From: Veleropilina oligotropha
Taxonomy: Eukaryota
Assembly (NCBI GenBank): GCA_048128005.1
Contig: JBEUKZ010000054.1
Span: forward strand, 620,001 to 684,000
Length of the DNA: 64,000 nt
Direction of reading: 5' to 3'
Positions 37,641 to 48,367 of this stretch are shown here, piece after piece. Both the position numbers and the translations under genes were made by a program. The notes below the pieces were generated by a model. That model worked only from the letters and a program-made list of their open reading frames with translations, had not been told where the DNA came from and did no database searches. Each line of letters starts with the position of its first letter. Positions within the stretch are counted from its first letter, which is position 1.

Positions 37641-37973
37641 CACCGCAGTGATCTGCTGCAGCAATATTGGTTTGACTCCAGATCGAAGAAACTTCATATT
37701 TACCAGGTATAGTAGTCCATAATCAAGCGGGTATCAACGGATATATATTGCGAATGGTCCGTATACGACAATTTTCAGTACAGTGATAAACTGAAGATAA
37801 TTATAGTCACAAAGATCAAATATATATGACTATTCATCAATTTAATTGCCATGACATCATTATAATGTCAAGTTTAAATTCAGCTGTGAGATGGCTATTT
37901 CTTCTTACAAATATTTTTACAATTTGCAATACATGCATGTATTCTCTGTATATGATATTAGTTATGTATATAC

Positions 37974-38056
37974 CGATCAAATAATTCTCCTCCTGTCACA
38001 AGTTCCAAAACTAAATAGATATTCTTTGGTGTCTCATAGATTTCCTTTAAACGAAT
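37974..38056 (-). CDS. CAMK4: CaMKIV-like exon 4 (IRLKEIYETPKNIYLVLELVTGGELFDR)
   Basis: tttcag/gtata boundaries; LELVTGGELFDR hinge motif of CaMK kinases. Confidence 0.92.
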
Positions 38057-38112
38057 CTGAAAATACAACGGATAGGTTATGGAATGAATTGTTCATGGTT
38101 CAAGAATCGCAT

Positions 38113-38331
38113 GGATAATAAATGGTAAATATAGAATTAGTCACTTTGAAACAAAATTTTCGAAATAACTACGATGTTTCGGTCCGTCTGCACATCGATT
38201 CTCCTGCCAAGTACAGAGCTACGTCATAAACCGTTATTAGGTGACCTAGGTTCACATTAGACAGACCGAAACGTCATAATCATTTCGAAATTTTTGTTTC
38301 AAAGTAAATCTATATTTACTATTTATTATCC
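38113..38331. mobile_element. Small fold-back element with imperfect ~75-bp inverted arms, possibly Penelope-derived
   Basis: ggataataaat.gtaaatataga..ctttgaaacaaaa..ttcgaaa mirrored at 38258-38331; contains gaccgaaacgtc. Confidence 0.5.
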
Positions 38332-38864
38332 AAGGGATAGGTTGCCACCCCTTGTCAGACATATGGATCGATGACTGTACATATGCTCAAAAGACATTCG
38401 ACTACTTCATTCAATCATTTGAAACATTAATTGATTCTTAAATATTAATAAATTCAAACTTAAGGGTCTAGCTACTTTTTGTTGTAACATTTTCTGTAAT
38501 TAGTGTCCTTGCACAATATTCATCAGGGGTAGAAGATCTTGTATTTATCAAATCCACAATATCCACAATATCCACAAGACAAGGAAAGATGATTTCTTTA
38601 AATATACGTCTGCTTGTAATAATGCTGCTATGAAGACCAGATCGACCTATATAACATACAACACGCAAAACATATACCCACCACAACCATGGTCATTCAA
38701 AGAATTTTAGTTATGACTAAACAATGACTTCCCTGGTAATGTCATGACCTGTTTTACATCTCAACTTCCTACGATAGCATTGCAGTCCATACATGATGAT
38801 GAAGTAAGGGCCATGATTAACATACTGAATCAGGATTCCTGATGATTGCCATCCTGGTAACCAT

Positions 38865-41330
38865 GGTAACCATGATGCATCTGGACTCTTGCTGTCTGGG
38901 TAAACATGATGCATCTGAACACTTGCCCTCTGGGTAACCATGATGCATCTGGTCTCTTGCCCTCTGGGTAACCATGATGCATCTGAACTCTTGACGTCCG
39001 GATAACCATGATGCATCTAGAGTCTTGCCGTCTGAGTAACCATGATGCATCTGGAGTCTTGCCGTCTGAGTAACCATGATTCATCTGGAGTCTTGCCGTC
39101 TGAGTAACCATGATTCATCTGGAGTCTTGCCGTCTGAGTAACCATGATTCATCTGGACTCTTGCCGTCTGAGTAACCATGATGCATCTGGACTCTTGCCG
39201 TCTGAGTAACCATGATTCATCTGGAGTCTTGCCGTCGGAGTAACCATGATTCATCTGGAGTCTTGCCGTCGGAGTAACCATGATTCATCTGGAGTCTTGC
39301 CGTCTGAGTAACCATGATTCACCTGGAGTCTTGCCGTCTGAGTAACCATGATTCATCTGGAGTCTTGCCGTCCGAGTAACCATGATTCATCTGGAGTCTT
39401 GCCGTCCGAGTAACCATGATTCATCTGGAGTCTTGCCGTCTGAGTAACCATGATTCACCTGGAGTCTTGCCGTCCGAGTAACCATGATTCATCTGGAGTC
39501 TTGCCGTCCGAGTAACCATGATTCATCTGGAGTCTTGCCGTCTGAGTAACCATGATTCATCTGGAGTCTTGCCGTCCGAGTAACCATGATTCATCTGGAG
39601 TCTTGCCGTCTGAGTAACCATGATTCACCTGGAGTCTTGCCGTCTGAGTAACCATGATTCATCTGGAGTCTTGCCGTCCGAGTAACCATGATTCATCTGG
39701 AGTCTTGCCGTCTGAGTAACCATGATTCATCTGGAGTCTTGCCGTCTGAATAACCATGATTCATCTGGACTCTTGCCGTCCGAGTAACCATGATGCATCT
39801 GGACTCTTGCCGTCTGAGTAACCATGATTCACCTGGAGTCTTGCCGTCTGAGTAACCATGATTCATCTGGAGTCTTGCCGTCCGAGTAACCATGATGCAT
39901 CTGGACTCTTGCCGTCTGAGTAACCATGATTCATCTAGAGTCTTGAGGTCCGGATAACCATGATGCATCTGGACTCTTGCCGTCCGAGTAACCATGATTC
40001 ATCTGGAGTCTTGCCGACCGAGTAACCATGATTCACCTGGAGTCTTGCCGTCTGAGTAACCATGATTCATCTGGAGTCTTGCCGTCTGAGTAACCATGAT
40101 TCATCTGGAGTCTTGCCGTCTGAGTAACCATGATGCATCTGGAGTCTTGCCGTCTGAGTAACCATGATTCACCTGGAGTCTTGCCGTCTGAGTAACCATG
40201 ATTCATCTGGAGTCTTGCCGTCCGAGTAACCATGATTCATCTGGAGTCTTGCCGTCTGAGTAACCATGATTCATCTGGAGTCTTGCCGTCTGAGTAACCA
40301 TGATTCATCTGGACTCTTGCCGTCTGAGTAACCATGATGCATCTGGACTCTTGCCGTCTGAGTAACCATGATTCACCTGGAGTCTTGCCATCGGAGTAAC
40401 CACGATTCATCTGGAGTCTTGCCGTCGGAGTAACCATGATTCATCTGGAGTCTTGCCATCTGAGTAACCATGATTCACCTGGAGTCTTGCTGTCTGAGTA
40501 ACCATGATTCATCTGGAGTCTTGCCGTCCGAGTAACCATGATTCATCTGGAGTCTTGCCGTCCGAGTAACCATGATTCATCTGGAGTCTTGCCATCTGAG
40601 TAACCATGATTCACCTGGAGTCTTGCCATCTGAGTAACCATGATTCACCTGGAGTCTTGCCATCCTAGTAACCATGATTCATCTGGAGTCTTGCCGTCCG
40701 AGTAACCATGATTCATCTGGAGTCTTGCCGTCTGAGTAACCATGATTCATCTGGAGTCTTGCCGTCCGAGTAACCATGATTCATCTGGAGTCTTGCCGTC
40801 TGAGTAACCATGATTCACCTGGAGTCTTGCCGTCTGAGTAACCATGATTCATCTGGAGTCTTGCCGTCCGAGTAACCATGATTCATCTGGAGTCTTGCCG
40901 TCTGAGTAACCATGATTCACCTGGAGTCTTGCCGTCTGAGTAACCATGATTCACCTGGAGTCTTGCCGTCTGAGTAACCATGATTCATCTGGAGTCTTGC
41001 CGTCTGAGTAACCATGATTCACCTGGAGTCTTGCCGTCTGAGTAACCATGATTCATCTGGAGTCTTGCCGTCAGAGTAACCATGATTCACCTGGAGTCTT
41101 GCCGTCTGAGTAACCATGATTCATCTGGAGTCTTGCCGTCAGAGTAACCATGATTCATCTGGAGTCTTGCCGTCTGAGTAACCATGATTCATCTGGAGTC
41201 TTGCCGTCTGAGTAACCATGATTCATCTGGACTCTTGCCGTCTGAGTAACCATGATGCATCTGGACTCTTGCCGTCTGAGTAACCATGATTCACCTGGAG
41301 TCTTGCCGTCTGAGTAACCATGATGCATCC
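38865..41330. repeat. 34-bp minisatellite (gtaaccatgattcatctggagtcttgccgtctga)
   Basis: About 70 head-to-tail units with no spacers. Confidence 0.97.
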
Positions 41331-41482
41331 AGAGACCAGATCTCAGCAATAAGCCATGACAGAGGATGCATCCAGAGGCCACAGCTCAGCATTAAGCCAC
41401 ATGTGAGTATTACATAAGCATGGAAACCAACGAAACCAGAAAATTCATTAAATAATGATTATTTCTGCATTAATTTACTTAC

Positions 41483-41545
41483 CACGTTTGGATGATTTAA
41501 CTTTAGCAGCACGCCCACTTCTGTCTTTACTATTTTTTTATCCAC
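41483..41545 (-). CDS. CAMK4: CaMKIV-like exon 3 (VDKKIVKTEVGVLLKLNHPNV)
   Basis: ttttag/gtaagt boundaries; very close to CaMKIV VDKKIVRTEIGVLLRLSHPNI. Confidence 0.92.
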
Positions 41546-41677
41546 CTAAAATGAAAATAATAAATTCTAAGTTATGGAGATAAGCCGAAAACTGTACAAT
41601 ATGTTGAGGAAAGGTTGAGGCCGCGTTACCGGCCGAAACCTTTCGTCAACATATTGTACAGTTTGGGGTTTATCTCT

Positions 41678-41970
41678 AACTTAAAACAAAAGCTGTGATG
41701 TCATCCATTGTTCTTTGCCCGCTCCAATTGGTTGAGATCTTAGGTGTTAATTGAAAAATACAATAGACGCAACGGCTCTCAGCAGACTGGTTTATATTGA
41801 AATATAGGCATCCTTTATTAAGACAAAAGAGCCTTTGTTGTTCCTTTGTTGTAAATTGACTGTCCAATAATCGAGTCACATATAAACCAGCTACAGGTAA
41901 ACGTTCTGAAAACTCTGGGATAAAGTACAAAAAGAACAATGGATGACATCACAGCTGTGTTTTAATTAAG
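41678..41970. mobile_element. MITE-like element
   Basis: Inverted ends ttaaaaca.aagctgtgatgtcatccattgttcttt / aaagaacaatggatgacatcacagctgtgttttaa. Confidence 0.6.
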
Positions 41971-43710
41971 ATTATAACATTTAGGCTTGTTTTACTGTGA
42001 TATAGACATAGACTTCAAGGAATGGTGCATGCATTCTTTATTATCCATCATATCATAGGTCTTAGAGATTCTTCTTAGATGTTACATCTATTAAATTATA
42101 ATCTATAAAAGCTACAAGAGATATATCAGGGTTCTCGCCAGATTGAAATCATAAGGCGGGGAAATTATGTCGTGGAGTGGGCACTTGTGTTCGTGTATAT
42201 ATGTATTTATGCATGTATGTATGTCAGGGGCTGATCTAGGGTTTTAGTTTGGGGCCCCATAGGTAAGCGAGCGGGCTCAGAATAGACAAGTGACCATCGA
42301 TGCCCCTGAAGTTTAGATGCTTTGAGAAGCAAGATAACAAATTTGATGGTACTTCATGAATATTATAATTGACTCTTTACAGTTAACATATATTATATGT
42401 TTCCAATATTTTCAGGTCACAGAACTTGACAGGGTGACATATGCCACATTGTGTATTCTATATATTGTGGAAGATATTTTTCTTATTAAATATATCTTAA
42501 ATAGGTCTTAATTATTTTGTAACACAATAATCATCTTGAAAAAATGTAACAACATTTATACATGGTACCTAGGAAAACCTGTTCATTAATCAGTACACGA
42601 CAGCCTCGATACAATGCGCCTCGGTATAGCGCAGAATCGGTTATAACGCGGGACTAACCATGGCTCCCAAAATCTTGACATTTAAAAAAAAAAAATAGGC
42701 TAAGCTGACCTTGCATCGCGGTAATAAGATTACCGTGCAGATTTTCAGAATTAGTGTTGGGTCGACAATGGAAATGGTATCTAATACCGGCGCCAAAGTA
42801 TATTATTTGTTGAAGTTAAAAATAAAATATAAATCCCGCAATCCAATGTCTGAATGTGTGTCCCGATGTCATTCCTTCATGGTATTTGAACAGTGGATGC
42901 ACTGTTTGTTTTATTTCATAACAAATCCACACTTCAGAAAATCCCTGTCCGTTGAATGAAACAGGACTCCCAATTAAGCTTTAAATACCTTTTGTGTTCA
43001 TTATTCAACTCTCGACAGTAACAATAGCCGGGAATGTACTCGCTCACAAATCATTTAGTTAACACGTCCGCCATTTTGCGACTATATATCTATGCCCAAG
43101 TTCTAACTTTGGCACTGCCCAATCTTGTTTTTCGAATTTCCTATTAGCAAATAATATATACTCAGCACATATTCAATAGTCAAATATCAGAACTTTTTAA
43201 ACCGCTAACAGTACGCAAATTCTAAAACAACATTTGTAATGAAAAGAGAAAACGAAGCTTCTTGACGTAATTAATACAGTGGAAAGTTGGGCACAGTCGA
43301 AGTGGGCATTGCCCAAGTTAAAAGTTGGGCAGCAATGGCGCCATGCATCTCTATTGGTATAGACTGTAATCGAAAGTTAAACTTTCAAATGGCTTTTGTT
43401 GCGCTGAATGCAGGCCTGGAAAAATAAATTATACCAGGCATTGAAACAAATAACAGTCAATGCGACAATGAATGACACCACAAGGCGATCTTAGCAGGAA
43501 ATGAAGCAGGCACATGAGAAGTAGGGGAGATAATTTATCGTTAAAACTAATCCCGCAAAATCAATATATCGATGAAATCGCAAGAAAAAGTGTAGGCCTA
43601 CATAATAACGTTGTAAATAGTGACAATTTTTTCATTTCATACGGATTTGTCGCCTACATTTCGTAGCCTTAAGAATAAAGCCTAAGCAGATAAACTATGA
43701 TTTTTCATAG

Positions 43711-44000
43711 AGCAGCAGGGGGGGTGACCATACCTTTTATGTGGGGGCGCGGCGATGGAAATTAAGGCTCCCAGCACTTTTCAGAATTAATATGGATCTC
43801 AACTCAGCAGCAGGGGGGGTGATTGGACTTTTTAGAATGGGAAAATACAGCGCCCAGCCCTATTTCAGAACTCAGGGTAGCTCGGACTAGTCAGCAGGGG
43901 AGTTTAGACTAGGGCCCCGGGGCGACCGGGACGGCTCCCAGCTATATTTTGGGACTGAGGGTAGGGCTTGTATTACAAAAACTTACCGTGTGTACAGACA
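43711..44000 (+). repeat. Left TIR of the Polinton-like element
   Basis: First ~210 bp almost identical to the reverse complement of the right end; internal iterations of (ag)cagcagggg at ~43806 and ~43892. Confidence 0.92.
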
Positions 44001-44845
44001 GTCCACTACCCCGGCCGGGCCCTGGTGTATGTTTGTATCCGTGTCGAGAACTGTCTAGACTGTCGGCGGACAGTATTCTGGCTTGATATCTTGGTGTCTA
44101 TTCTAGAATAGACTCGATGATTCTAGATCATTCTAGAAGGCTGTATTGCCACGTGACGGATGAGTCAGCAAGAATACTGTAACCACGTAAACAAGGTTAC
44201 CAAAATCTTTTTTCTGTGCTAAACGGACGCACGGTTACAAGAAAAAGAAATCTGGGTCAAACTTTCTTCACTGAGCCGGAAAATTTTTATATCTGGGTCG
44301 ACTCGGCAGCTGTGGCATGAAATTCTGTTTGCGATTCGCCTGCGAGGTATTTCATTCATAAATCGGACAATGGGTCGACCTGAAACGCATGCGATTCGCC
44401 TAATCCAACAATATCTATTGATGTGAGGTATTTCATTCATAAATCGTACAATGGGTCGACGACAGCGACCTGTCATGCTTTTAACGACTGTTGCCATTGA
44501 TAAATCGGGCACGAATGGCTGACTGGGATATTAATATTATTATTTAATACATTGATGTCTCTCCTAGTGTAGCTCTAAGCGCAGTACAAACTATAACTAA
44601 TATTACAGTACAATGTACACAAGAATATACAGGAGAGACATCAATGATACATAATATGAATGCACTAAGCAATAATAATAATAAACAGAATATTTTTTTC
44701 GAGTTTTTCAATTTTATCTTTTTTTTTACAAGCGCAATCAGACAAAGAGGTGAAGCAGCCCCTGCGTGAACTTCAACCAACTTTGAATGGTACAATATAC
44801 GCAGGGGAAAGCCGGAAAAATATGTTTTAATGCAGGAGCAGCTGT

Positions 44846-45277
44846 TTATATGAATATATAGTTACCCGATATTAAAGTACAATTACAGGGCGAGATGTGC
44901 CCGACTTTTCTCCACACACCGAAGCAGCCAGACAGCATGGTATAATACTCCCCATTTTTTCCAGGACATAACGAGGGGGTCGAACACTGGACACATGTGA
45001 CAGTATCTCTTGGTGTGGCAGGGCTACAGTCATTCTCTCCGATAATAAAATAGTGGCACGACGGTGGAGAGACATCAGGGGTGGGGTCTCTACCCGGGCG
45101 AAGAAGCAAGTTTCTACGTAAGGGGTCAAATCGGGCGTTATACCTGGGATGATTTCGGTACCTAGTCCACGTATGTTCCAGAATTAATGCAGTGTTGTGT
45201 GTCGACGCCTGGGTAGACACACCCCCTAGCCAGCACACCGCGGCAATACACAGTAGCATAGATTTCATGGATTTCAT
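44846..45277 (-). CDS. Putative secreted Cys-rich protein (143 aa)
   Basis: Signal-peptide-like N-terminus (MKSMLLCIAAVCWLGGVST); 8 Cys in the C-terminal half ending in CNC. Confidence 0.6.
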   Translation of the reverse strand: MKSMKSMLLCIAAVCWLGGVSTQASTHNTALILEHTWTRYRNHPRYNARFDPLRRNLLLRPGRDPTPDVSPPSCHYFIIGENDCSPATPRDTVTCVQCSTPSLCPGKNGEYYTMLSGCFGVWRKVGHISPCNCTLISGNYIFI

Positions 45278-45359
45278 GGTTGTCCAGATATCACTGTCGA
45301 TTTCTAGCTTTAATACGGGGGAGGAGCGGGGTAGTCGTGGCTACGCTCAACCTGGATAG

Positions 45360-45995
45360 TTAGTCGCCAGCTCCGATTTTTTTCAGCAGCTCTGCGCGAC
45401 CCTCTAAACGACCACGCTCAATAAGCTCGCTTTGGGTCTGTGAAATCGCGGTGTGCGCCTTCCTACTCTTATCCCGGATTGATGCCTTCATGGCTTTGTA
45501 TTTTTCCATCTCCCCTGTGACCAGTTGGAATTCATCATCAGACATCACCCCGTCTGATAAGGCCTTTGAGACGTGGTCGGTTATGGTATTCAGCTTGCTG
45601 TCGGCCAGGACTCGAATCTCGTCGTGTTTCTTAGCCTTCACCCCGAGGCGCCGGCTGATATACTTTCCACCCATACTAGCGAGCCCACACCCTAATGCCG
45701 CTAGTTCCAGCACTAGGACGACCGGGGCGGCTACAATTGTGGACAGTAGACCAATTCCAGCGCTACCCATACCAAGTGTGGCGACGACTAGCCCGTTATC
45801 TATCCCGTCAACGACGTTAACACCTCGTCGGTACTTTTTATATAATGCAGCCCGTGTGTCCCTCTCTCGTTCTAATTGTCCCTGAAGCTCATTCACTTTC
45901 TGTAGTCGGAAGGACTGTGCCTCATGCAGTTCCGAAGGCACATCGCCACCAAGTTGTGGGTACAGCGTTGGCGCTGAGGGTTTGTTGTCCATCAT
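45360..45995 (-). CDS. Coiled-coil protein with a central hydrophobic hairpin (putative membrane-active virion protein)
   Basis: Open frame extends to 46067; likely start MMDNK at 45995; two Gly/Ala-rich hydrophobic helices followed by AKKHDEIRVLADSKLNTI..SKAL.D...SDDEF. Confidence 0.7.
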   Translation of the reverse strand: MMDNKPSAPTLYPQLGGDVPSELHEAQSFRLQKVNELQGQLERERDTRAALYKKYRRGVNVVDGIDNGLVVATLGMGSAGIGLLSTIVAAPVVLVLELAALGCGLASMGGKYISRRLGVKAKKHDEIRVLADSKLNTITDHVSKALSDGVMSDDEFQLVTGEMEKYKAMKASIRDKSRKAHTAISQTQSELIERGRLEGRAELLKKIGAGD

Positions 45996-46339
45996 ACGTG
46001 GCTGTATTGTTCCGCCTGTTTGTTTAAAATGTCTACTGTAACGTTCAAATACAGAGTGCCGACCCACGGGGCCTTGATGACAAAGGCGAGGGTTAACTTA
46101 TCCGAATCCAGGCTGAGTTTACTTATGGAACATGCCTTGGGGCCCCCGGCCGGCTGGACCGGCGTCAGGTGGATCATTAGAAGGGCTGGGTTCAACCCGA
46201 ACCGACCTCTAGTGTTTGGAAACATGAACTCCCTCCTCGCCAGCCCCTTATTGGGCGCTACCCCACAATTAAGGACAAAGTGCCACCGGGTCGGGGAAGA
46301 GGGCTCGTCTGCAAGCAGGGTCCCGTAGATGCTGCTCAT
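45992..46339 (-). CDS. Hypothetical 115-aa protein
   Basis: Fills the gap exactly, with ATGA start/stop overlaps at both ends. Confidence 0.55.
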   Translation of the reverse strand: MSSIYGTLLADEPSSPTRWHFVLNCGVAPNKGLARREFMFPNTRGRFGLNPALLMIHLTPVQPAGGPKACSISKLSLDSDKLTLAFVIKAPWVGTLYLNVTVDILNKQAEQYSHV

Positions 46340-47076
46340 TGTATCGCAAGGACTGCGGTAATGGGCATGCCGTGATTGTCTAGCAGGTTACTGTCTGCGT
46401 CTGTGACGTACACCTTCAACTCTGTGATTAGCCCGGCCTGTAGTCGCCGGCCGGCGGGATAGCTATGATAGTGGCCAGCTTCACCGAACATCTGCGACGT
46501 GATAGGGACCACCGCGAGAATAGTGCTCGGGGCGCCGTCCTGCACATTGTGCGTTGTACTAAGCTGCTCCAGGTGGACGTGCAGGGTTGGCGCTATGGCA
46601 AACCCGACAGGCTTATTCCCGTCATAAGTCCCAGGGCGTAGCCACTCGGATCTCTCCGGAGGGGGAGGTGGTTGGCCCTGTACTCCCCGAACCGGTTGGT
46701 TCAGATTCCCTGCTTTATCGAGAATAAACGAAGAGAGGTCTAAGCCGAGGAGTTTTCGTATATCGTCGCTTATCGCGAGTCGAGTCCCCTCTGGGACCAC
46801 GATTCGGGCGAGCCCTGTAGCATGGCTTACATCTAGTTGTAGGTTAACTAGCGACCTCTTCATCGTCTTGGCGAGGTCATCGAAGCTGTAGAAACCTGGT
46901 GCCACGTCGACCGTGGTATCCGGGGTCTTAAAGAAGGCTCCGGCATGCACGTTGTGCCAGCCTACCCAATAGTCGAGCGACTGCAAGCTGACACATAGCT
47001 TGCCGTCCCGGTTATCAATCGGCTCCAGGAGGGCAACCGCGGTCCCCTCTTGAACGTTTGTTAATGTGTGAAACAT
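46336..47076 (-). CDS. Putative minor capsid protein (penton, single jelly roll)
   Basis: 246 aa, beta-rich pattern; PGFYS motif and C-terminal STILAVVPI...ITELKVYVTD...LLDNHG.PIT.VL typical of Polinton/virophage pentons. Confidence 0.7.
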   Translation of the reverse strand: MFHTLTNVQEGTAVALLEPIDNRDGKLCVSLQSLDYWVGWHNVHAGAFFKTPDTTVDVAPGFYSFDDLAKTMKRSLVNLQLDVSHATGLARIVVPEGTRLAISDDIRKLLGLDLSSFILDKAGNLNQPVRGVQGQPPPPPERSEWLRPGTYDGNKPVGFAIAPTLHVHLEQLSTTHNVQDGAPSTILAVVPITSQMFGEAGHYHSYPAGRRLQAGLITELKVYVTDADSNLLDNHGMPITAVLAIQ

Positions 47077-47083
47077 AGTAGCT

Positions 47084-48367
47084 ATGGCTAAGAGCGCCTT
47101 TGCGTTTAATAGGAGTGCGGCCTATCCGACCGGTGTGGTGTACCCAGCAAAGATCAAAGATGAGCAGCTTACGAGACCAAGCATCAATGTGGGTAATAGC
47201 TCAACCACTACATTCGGGGCAACATACCCTGACGTCTTTCAGAAATACCACCTCCCTCATGTCGCTAGTGACGGGCTGATAAGGGATTGGAACAGCACGC
47301 CGATGAGGTTCTGGCAGAACAAGGTCAATTTCGCAGTTTGGTGTGCCACAACAGGTTCCGGAATCTCCTCAGAAGACCACTTAAATGCGACCGACCCCCT
47401 CTCCACTGCTGTATTCACCTTCCACGTCTACTATCAGGTCAGACGAATCTTATCCGAAATTCAGGCGCCGCTGCCACAGGACCGGACGTGGGATGCATTC
47501 GACAACCCGTATGACCGCAGGGCATATGAGAAGATCTGCAGCGAATTTGGGGTGTCTCCCCATACCGACTGGCGTGTCAAGGGTCCCAACGGCGGACTAG
47601 GCACCGCTTACAGCTACTGGACGAACAACGGCTACCACCCCATCGGACGTGACTATGATCCAAGCCGAATGTCCTTCACCAAAGGTACGACCAACACGAA
47701 TCTGCACGTGGACTACATCGCGCAAGCGCCTGCACTTAAAAACGGTTGGGCTACTTTTATTCTGGACAGGTCGGTGGGATTCACGAGGGCCGGCGTGGAA
47801 AGGCTCAATGATTCCATCAGGACCTACGTCTGGGCTATTCTTGGAGCGCAGGCTCAAACGCGTGCAAGTATTCTGGGTAGTGGGACGGCGTTTGACGCAC
47901 AGAAACAGTTCCTGGCGAACGTGGAAGACGCCATCGCATCCCCCGTTGACCTCCCAGCAGCCATCAAACGGTACCAAGAGGTGCTCCAGTATGCGAGGTC
48001 CAAAGTGGACTTCGTATTCGGCGTTGGCCTGTACATGGCGCCAAGTAACATGCTTCTACGGATCGGGCAGGTGGCTGGTTATAACAATGAGATCGTCGTC
48101 GCCACGGAAGACCAGACACACGGTCTTAATACTACGGTGAACGCGGCCAATCCTGTGCCGCTCAACGCCACTGGGGAGACTGGAGAAACAGGATTGGTCA
48201 TCCCACAAGACGCCGTCTTACCCGCAGATGCGGTCACTCCGAAGCATCCAAGCTCTCTGCCAGCTGTGGCCTCAGTGGCGGCTGTTCCAGCGGCACATGA
48301 CGAGGAGAAAACCGCACTTATCGTGGGCGGCATTGTCGTTGGCCTAGCGTTCATTTGGCTTACGTGA
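47084..48367 (+). CDS. Hypothetical 427-aa protein with a C-terminal transmembrane anchor
   Basis: Long ATG ORF; Pro/Ala-rich stalk followed by ALIVGGIVVGLAFIWLT. Confidence 0.8.
   Translation: MAKSAFAFNRSAAYPTGVVYPAKIKDEQLTRPSINVGNSSTTTFGATYPDVFQKYHLPHVASDGLIRDWNSTPMRFWQNKVNFAVWCATTGSGISSEDHLNATDPLSTAVFTFHVYYQVRRILSEIQAPLPQDRTWDAFDNPYDRRAYEKICSEFGVSPHTDWRVKGPNGGLGTAYSYWTNNGYHPIGRDYDPSRMSFTKGTTNTNLHVDYIAQAPALKNGWATFILDRSVGFTRAGVERLNDSIRTYVWAILGAQAQTRASILGSGTAFDAQKQFLANVEDAIASPVDLPAAIKRYQEVLQYARSKVDFVFGVGLYMAPSNMLLRIGQVAGYNNEIVVATEDQTHGLNTTVNAANPVPLNATGETGETGLVIPQDAVLPADAVTPKHPSSLPAVASVAAVPAAHDEEKTALIVGGIVVGLAFIWLT

Noticed and set aside
36260..37722. Long Cys/His/Trp-rich ORFs in three frames
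   Set aside because: Translations of a 64-bp minisatellite that cycles through the frames.
38865..41330. 34-bp repeats as a CRISPR array
   Set aside because: Head-to-tail with no unique spacers, no cas genes, eukaryotic intron.
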